A stretch of 64,000 nucleotides of DNA from Octopus vulgaris (taxonomy: Eukaryota). The stretch spans positions 3,534,001 to 3,598,000 of the forward strand of contig OX597839.1 of the NCBI GenBank assembly GCA_951406725.2, read 5' to 3'. Below are positions 57,213 to 64,000 of the stretch, piece by piece. Each line of letters opens with the position of its first letter. The first letter of the stretch is position 1. Made by a program: the position numbers and the translations under genes. The notes under the pieces were generated by a model. It saw nothing but the letters and a program-made list of their open reading frames with translations. It was not told the origin of the DNA and did not search any database.

Positions 57213-57559
57213 GCGTGTGTGAGTGAGTGAGTGAGAGAGAGAGAAAGAGAGAGAGTCACCATGATTATATTTAAATGTAACAAAACAACATGTTAATTAT
57301 TCTGCTTGACACATTATGAAGAACAGATTCATCATATTCTTCTTCCCTCCTTGTTTTCTCTTCTCCCATTGCTGTTCTTTGTTTGGAATGCAGCTACAGA
57401 GTAAAGACTTTTGAGAATGAAGAACCAGAAATGAAACTGGACAGTTATGACAAGTAAGTTGACAGATTTCATAACGGACTTTTTGTGCAAGATAATCAAG
57501 AAAATGTTATTGAATAACAACAACAGTTTATGTGTGTGCTGATATATATATATATATAC

Positions 57560-57637
<78 letters not shown>

Positions 57638-57857
57638 AATTTAAAAATAGGATAAAATCTTTATAAGAAATTATCAAGTAGTGAGCGTGAAAAACTCATA
57701 AGGGAAAAATTTATTAATTATTCCCTTTAAATATATTAATTTATTTATATTAAGGGCATTACTATACATAAATGCCTCACACTAGGAGGGACTCTTAAAG
57801 TCAAAACTACCATAATAATAAACACACACACATGCACACACACACGCGCACGCACAC

Positions 57858-57948
<91 letters not shown>

Positions 57949-59109
57949 CAAGGGGGAGTCAAAACGTAATGCCATTTTGTTTAGGGCAGGTATGATTACC
58001 AACACAGGAACATGTATCATACATAAAATTAAATGTATGATATTGAACAAATTTTCTGTCTTCTTGTATTAGTGCAGCTGGCAACAATATTGAGTTTCAA
58101 GGAAAATTTAGTCTGAAGCAACTGATAAAACCAGAAACAACATTTCCAACCAAAATTACTGAAGCCATTGTGACAACAACTTCATCTACACTCAGTAAGT
58201 ATGTATATATATGTGAGTTAACTTGTGATCCCTAGAAAACAATGTAGCCTTCATTCAACTAAGGTGTCTTCAGCCTAATGTGTAACTGGTGGAATACCCC
58301 TCATTCTGCCTCTGAGTTTCTGCTAGCTGGGAAACATGGGTAGCCTGGATTTATACTTGTTCCATTTCCTCAATTTGGATATATATATCAGGAGCGGCTG
58401 TGTGGTAAGAAACAGCTTCTCAACCACATGGTTCCGGGTTCAGTCCCACTGTGTGGCACCTTGGTCTTTTACTATAGCCTCGATCTGAACTAAGCCTTGC
58501 AAGTGGGTTTGGTTGATGGAAACTGAAAGAAGCCCAGTGTATTATATGCGTGTGTGTGTGTATGTGTGTCTGCCTATAGATTCAGATGAATATGGTACTC
58601 AAGTTGAGGCACCAGAATTTAGTACGGTATTATCCATACAATCTCAAAATAAGGTGATTAAAATCAAAATAAGGTGATTAAAATCAACAAGGATATCCAG
58701 AGGTAATGCAGTACAATCGTTTCGTGCAACTCCATTTAATTGAAAAATGCAATCATTACATCAATTTAAAATGTAGTGCAATCTTCAATTAAATGGAGTT
58801 GCATGAAACAATCGTACTGCATTACCTCTGGATATCCTTGTTGCTTATTTATATATATGTATATATATATATATATATTCTTTTATTCTTTTATTTATTT
58901 CAGTCATTTGACTGTGACCATGGCCATGCTGGAGCACCTCCTTTAGTCGACCAAATCGACCATAGGACTTACTCTTTGTAAGCCTAGTACATATTCTTTT
59001 GGTGGTTTTTTGCTGAACTGCTAAGTTACAGGGATGTAAACACACCAACATCAGCTGTCAAGTGATGGTGGATGGAACAAACACAGACACACAAGCACAC
59101 ACACACATA

Positions 59110-59160
<51 letters not shown>

Positions 59161-59330
59161 CAGGCTTCTTTCAGTTTCTGTCTACCAAATCCACTCACAA
59201 GGCTTTGGTTGGCCCAAGGCTATAAAAGACACTTGAACAAGTTGCCATGCAGTGGGATGAGAACTTGGAACCATGTTTTACTACACAGCCACTCCTGCAC
59301 CTATATATATATATATGTGTGTGTATATAA

Positions 59331-59374
<44 letters not shown>

Positions 59375-59644
59375 GAAAATGGAGGAACAGATTCCTATCA
59401 ATCATCAACTTACAGATATAACCAATTCATATTATTTATTAACTACATAAATAGGAACATTCAAATCCAACAGAATAAAACAATATACATCACTAAGTAA
59501 GATAATACCATAAAAATAATACACATAAAATGGATCTTACAGCTGTTTCAGCCTGTAGATAAAGGTATCTCATTGTGTCTATATTAGTCAGATGTATTGA
59601 GGTAATATGCAGTTATATCAACACATACACACATATGTATACAT

Positions 59645-59711
<67 letters not shown>

Positions 59712-60115
59712 TTATATAGCATGGTCAGTCTTCTTTCAGTTTCCATCTGTCAAATCCCCTCATAAGGCTTTGGTTAGTCTGGGGCTATAATAGAAGAGAG
59801 TTGCTCAAATTGACCACACTGTGAGACTGAACCCTCAACCATGTCGTTGGGAAGTAAACTTCCTACCACACAGCCATGCTTGTAATAATTTGTGCTTTTT
59901 ATTCATTATTTTTCCTATCTTTCCACAGGTCTGTTTGTAATTGGTTTGTGTATTCTCCTGGTGAATGCAGAAGATGACCTGACTCGTGGCTGGGCCATTT
60001 ACTTGATTATTCAGTTCATAGTCCTCATCATTATTTGCACGATAATTATTGCTATGCAGCCATGCAACACTGCCAAAATCCCATTCAAAGTGAGCAGAAA
60101 GAGATTTTCTTTATG

Positions 60116-60186
<71 letters not shown>

Positions 60187-60397
60187 GGTGGTGAGCTGGC
60201 AGAATTGTTAGCATGCTGGGTGAAATGCTTCGTGGTATTTCTTCTGCCGCTACGTTCTGACTTCAAATTCCGCCGAAGTAGACTTTGTCTTTCATCCTTT
60301 CAGGGTCAATGAATCAAGTACCAGTTGCGTACTGGGTCAATCTGATTGACTGACTCACTCCACCGAAATTTCAGGCCTTGTGATCATTATAGAAAGG

Positions 60398-60444
<47 letters not shown>

Positions 60445-62654
60445 TATTATTAAGGTGGCAAGCTGGCAGAACTGTTAGCACATTGGGTGAAAAGCTTAGA
60501 AATATTTCATCAGCCACTATGTTCTGAGTTCAAATTCCGCCAAAGTTGACTTTGCCTTATGCCCTTATGGGGTTCGTAAATCAAGTACCAGTTAAGTACT
60601 GGGGTTAATGTGATCGACTGTCCTCCTCTCCACAAAATCCAGGCCTTGTGCCTATAGTAAAAAGGATCATCATCATCATCATTATTGTGTGAGAGAGCAG
60701 TGCATCCCATCAAAGTGACACTGGGGTAAAATTTATGAAGCCCAGTATACCCATCATGACTACCTGCCTGATAAGGGTACACCAGGCACATGCATCACAA
60801 CCATATGTAAGTGACATGGTGATCTCCTATCAAGATAAACAGCGCATGACCTTGCAGGAGGGGCCAGTTAGAATTTTCTTAAGGCCAAGCAGTTGGTGTT
60901 AAGAATGGCAACCACCATGCCAAAACAGACTGGAGCCTTATGAGACTTACTGGCTTAGAAGCTCTAGGCAAACCATCTAGCCATGCCAGGATGGCAGACA
61001 GATGCTAAATGATGATGATGATGATGATGATGATAATTCAATATTATGTGTGTGTGTGTATCATCATCATCGTTTAACGTCCGCTTTCCATTCTAGCATG
61101 GGCTGGACAATTTTGACTGAGGGCTGGCGAACTAGATGGCTGCACCAGGTTCCAATCTTGATCTGGCAGAGTTTCTACAGCTGGATGCCCTTCCTACTGC
61201 CAACCACTCCGAGAGTGTAGTGGGTACTTTTTACGTGCCACCGGCACGAGGGCCAGTCAGGCGGTACTGGCAATGACCTCGCTCGAATCTTTTTACACGT
61301 GCCACCGGCACAGGTGCCAGTAAGGCAACGTTGGTAACAATCACGCTCGAATGGTGCCTTTTTACTTGTATATATAAAAATTACACACAGATTCACATAC
61401 TAACAATCATACATACATGCATACATACATATACATATATTTATATGCTTACAAACATATATGTGTGTGCGTGTGTCTGTGTACGTGTATAGATACATGA
61501 GCTTCTGCACAGTTTCCATTTGATATTTTCACTCCCAAGACATCAATCAATCAGCTCCTACATTGTATTACACTTGCTTGAAATGGTACACAATGGGAAC
61601 AAATTCAGGACTACAAGGTTACAAAGCAATAATCCCAACCACTCAGCTATGTTTCTACCCTCACTATTTCATCATCATCATCATCATCACCACCACCATC
61701 CAGTGTTCTAAATCCAGGGCTTTCTCCCTGTTAACGGAGGTGGCCAGATCTACCTCAGTGCCATAGCAACTGCCCTCAAACCATCTCTCCATCTTGCCCG
61801 GTTTTTGGCGTCCTCCCTTCTCAAGCCGACCCTCCCAATCTCCTCCTCTATCTGTCCCCTCCTTGTTTTCCTAGCTCTACCTCGCTTTTGTGGTCCATTT
61901 ACCTCAAACTCTCCTCACAACATACTCCTATCCCTCCTCAACACATACCCATACCACTACACTCCATTCACCCTTGCCAGCCATTCCACCGGTTCCTCCA
62001 AAACCCAGCATCCCCATCAAGTCCTCAGCCTCACACCACACATTCCTCTCATCATTGCTCTCTCAGTCCTTCTCAAAATTGCCATCTTTCTCCCCCTCGG
62101 ACACCATGTCTCACTTCCATACAGCATTGCACCTCTCACACAACTCCTATCCCCCCTCAACACATACCCACACCACCGCACTCCATTTGCCCTTGCCAGC
62201 CATTCCACCAATCCCTCCAGCCCCAGCATCCCCATCAAGTCCTCCTCTTATCAAACAGCTTCACCCCATACATTTCTCTCCCCATTGCTCTCTCGGTCCC
62301 TCCCAAAATTGCCAATCTCTCTCCCCCTCAGACACCATGTTTCACTCCCATCAGTATTGCAGCTCTCACACAACTCCTATAGACCCTTCCTTTCATCTTC
62401 AATGAGAACCTTTTCCCATATAACAACTCTCCACATTCCCTGAACTCCACCCAGCCAAGTCTCGCTCTTGCTGTCACAGCTGCTTCTCATCCACCACTTA
62501 CATCCACCCAAATAACAAAACCCTCAATTATTTTTCTATTTCCAGGTGCCATTAGTACCATTTCTGCCAGAACTTAGTGCTGCTGTGAACATTTATCTCA
62601 TGCTCAAGTTATCACCTTCAACATGGATACGATTTTGTGTATGGATGGTTATCG
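38852..62654 (+). CDS. Cationic amino acid transporter (CAT / SLC7A1-4 family, APC superfamily); 13 coding exons in window, 3' end outside window
   Basis: Exons 38852-38960, 39832-39951, 40875-41003, 43603-43758, 44663-44802, 46490-46604, 50916-51138, 52556-52695, 55259-55361, 57394-57453, 58073-58194, 59929-60089, 62546-62654 splice in frame (1687 nt, ~562 aa). CAT motifs [76 protein letters not shown]. Exact orthologue not assignable. Confidence 0.96.
39385..39560 (+). mobile_element. Mariner N-terminal fragment
   Basis: [20 protein letters not shown]. Confidence 0.55.
39832..39951 (+). CDS. CAT exon 2 ([41 protein letters not shown])
   Basis: Polypyrimidine-CAG acceptor, GT donor, TM1 motif. 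Confidence 0.95.
40410..40730 (+). repeat. Degenerate 20-bp minisatellite (GACAGACCTTGGCAGATGTA)
   Basis: ~16 diverged copies. Confidence 0.8.
40875..41003 (+). CDS. CAT exon 3 ([43 protein letters not shown])
   Basis: Canonical splice sites, highly conserved CAT segment. Confidence 0.97.
41899..41949 (+). ncRNA. Type I hammerhead ribozyme motif in fold-back element
   Basis: AGCTTC-CTGATGA-TTTCTTTTGAAT-GAAACAG-TTCTAGTC-CTGTA-GAAGCT; 6-bp stem I, 4-bp stem III, weak stem II. Confidence 0.6.
42440..42630 (+). mobile_element. Short PLE-derived element with hammerhead-like motif, ending in (TA)n
   Basis: GTTT-CCGACGAA-GAGC-TCC-GCTC-GAAAC-GTT-AAAC; relatives near 12350-12540 (-) and 37185-37390 (-). 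Confidence 0.55.
43603..43758 (+). CDS. CAT exon 4 (TASVARAW...[16 protein letters not shown])
   Basis: CAG/GTAAGA sites, conserved motifs. Confidence 0.95.
44663..44802 (+). CDS. CAT exon 5 ([21 protein letters not shown]...NWSIDKSE)
   Basis: CAG/GTAAGT sites, phase 1 to 0. Confidence 0.95.
45040..45760 (+). mobile_element. Penelope-like element remnant (RT C-terminus + GIY-YIG endonuclease), frameshifted
   Basis: LDVNFNL..G...P..KPN...YINVNSNHP...[13 protein letters not shown]; VVYQ...YYI..T; STGLSKKIW; IKWSIL; CKLC.EE. Confidence 0.85.
46490..46604 (+). CDS. CAT exon 6 ([38 protein letters not shown])
   Basis: TTTCAG/GTGAGT sites, TM6 motif. Confidence 0.96.
46604..47115 (+). repeat. 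Degenerate ~32-bp minisatellite (~16 copies) starting at the exon 6 donor
   Basis: Approximate consensus GGTGAGTTACACTTGAGTCTGTTATCATTACT. Confidence 0.85.
47360..47780 (+). mobile_element. DNA transposon C-terminal remnant (Chapaev-like)
   Basis: HLDFF..N.GA.SDEHGE.FHQDI..MEKRYQ..W...MLADYCWTL. Confidence 0.7.
47785..49672 (+). repeat. Tandem array, 10 x 184 bp, of family C SINE in CAT intron 6
   Basis: GTATTTCGTCTGCCG every 184 bp from 47833 to 49490; one head at 47785. Confidence 0.97.
50916..51138 (+). CDS. CAT exon 7 ([15 protein letters not shown]...ICALTA)
   Basis: Long poly-T acceptor, GT donor phase 2. Confidence 0.96.
52556..52695 (+). CDS. CAT exon 8 ([18 protein letters not shown]...[14 protein letters not shown])
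   Basis: TTCAG/GT sites, conserved motif. Confidence 0.95.
55259..55361 (+). CDS. CAT exon 9 ([34 protein letters not shown])
   Basis: TTTCAG/GTAAGT sites. Confidence 0.95.
57394..57453 (+). CDS. CAT exon 10, cytoplasmic loop ([19 protein letters not shown])
   Basis: CAG/GTAAGT, phase 2-2, completes the conserved LRY motif. Confidence 0.8.
58073..58194 (+). CDS. CAT exon 11 ([40 protein letters not shown])
   Basis: TAG/GTAAGT, phase 2 to 1, resembles the FSL..L..P...PT loop of CATs. Confidence 0.82.
58565..58845. mobile_element. PLE-derived fold-back element with half-hammerhead ends
   Basis: ~60-bp inverted arms (about 58685-58744 and 58783-58842) carrying GAAAC-(G/A)AT(T/C)-GTA-CTGC; same family near 14955-15093. 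Confidence 0.55.
59929..60089 (+). CDS. CAT exon 12 ([11 protein letters not shown]...[11 protein letters not shown])
   Basis: CAG/GTGAGC, QP....I.FK motif. Confidence 0.93.
61710..62520 (-). mobile_element. RTE-type LINE remnant with internal duplication
   Basis: [14 protein letters not shown]....[18 protein letters not shown]; VRW.GYVLR. Confidence 0.8.
62546..62654 (+). CDS. CAT exon 13 ([36 protein letters not shown])
   Basis: C-terminal AA_permease_C-type motif; donor phase 1; next exon not found in window. Confidence 0.95.
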
Positions 62655-64000
62655 GTTTGTATTTCATCTTCCTTCACTATCATGCACACACACACAAGCA
62701 TACACACAAGCACACACAGATACATAGATGCATATATGTTTGTACATATATACACATAAGTGTGTATGCATATCTGTGTGTGTGTCTTTATGTCTGTGTT
62801 TGTCCCCCCATGACCAGTGTTGGTATGTTTATGTCCCTGTAACTTGGCAGTTCAGCAAAAGAGACCGATAGAATAATTACCAGGCTTAAAAATCATAAGT
62901 ACTGAGGTTGATTCATTCAACTAAACCTTTTTCAAGGTGGTGCCCCAACATGGCCACAGTCTAATGACCGAAACAGGCAAAAGATAAAAGAAAGACATAT
63001 ATATGTATGTATACATATGTGCATACATACATGCATGCATGCATACATACATACATACATACATACATACATACATACATACATACATACATACATACAT
63101 ACATACATACATACATACAAAAACAATACCCTGTTGGTGATGTTGAAATTCTAATGAAGGAGCCCTGGATCTAGGTTAGAAACCAGTTCTTTCTCTATTG
63201 GCAAGAAATCTTGAAATAAACTGAATAAGACACACATAGATACATAGATACACACATACATACATACCAATATTACATACATACATACATACATACATAC
63301 ACCCCCTCCTCACCGTGGTGGGGATGCTGGTAACGGATAGTGTCAGGGCTATGCCGTCAGGAATTTCGGTTCCTGGTAGGGCCATCCAAGGCGGATTGGT
63401 CTGACACCGAGTGGTATTAGGGCCACAACCGCTTGTGAAATTCATATTCCCACGAAACTTCTTCCACTCAACCCACCCAGGGTGAATGTCGCCACAAGTA
63501 CAAGTAAGTACATACATACATACATATGTACATAGGTACATACACCAGTGACGATGGCTTTATCTTGTATCCTAGAATTTAGTTTCTTTTACGCTGAATG
63601 TTTCCTTTATGGTGATGGTGTTGTTGACGACTGAAAACCAATTCTTGCATGGAAGAGTCGATGGTAGTGACTGCAATGGTAATGTTGGTGGAAGACAAGG
63701 TTGACTTTGTCAAGCCTTTCTCTCTTGTCGTTTGATTTCTTCCTTTTTTTCTTCTGGGGTCTTTGAAACTTTTGACACTGATGGCAATGGGAAACTACTA
63801 CTTGGTACAGTCTCAAGCTTGTGTTTCAAACGATTTAGGTTCAATTCCTGAGGAGCCGCTTTTATTCATATTAAGACACATCATCTGCTTTCCCTCTCTC
63901 TCCCTTCCTGCCCCCCCCCCCCCAACCAATGAACCCAACCCCAACACTGACTCACTCACACAAACACACACAAATGGTTTAGGTTCAATTCCTCTGGCTT

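Noticed and set aside
63560-63816. Minus-strand coding-like stretch or last CAT exon
   Set aside because: In-frame stop, no recognisable family, and lacks the expected G..IYF.YG motif on the + strand

Overview
Eukaryotic, AT- and microsatellite-rich, repeat-dense DNA. The SINE repertoire and (TA)n/(CA)n load suggest an octopus/coleoid cephalopod genome (inference). Protein-coding content: (1) 13 coding exons of a + strand cationic amino acid transporter (CAT/SLC7A1-4 family) at 38852-62654, all GT-AG with consistent phases, last exon beyond the window; (2) two tandem - strand paralogous first exons of CXorf65/C22orf15-like genes (9034-9282, 21613-21867) sharing a CRE + bZIP promoter module. 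The rest is SINEs of several families, mariner, Helitron, Chapaev-like, RTE, R4/Dong-like and Penelope-like (PLE) remnants and MITEs. Most notable non-coding signal: nine or more hammerhead-ribozyme-type motifs in short PLE-derived elements sitting in (TA)n tracts. These include an apparently intact one with a ~99-nt stem-loop II, a family with covarying stems but fixed core substitutions, and fold-back copies that turn at ribozyme stems. Four different SINE families have also each formed tandem arrays, one with a constant self-complementary junction at many loci. Exon coordinates were counted by hand; repeat boundaries are approximate and family names come from motif recognition, not database searches.
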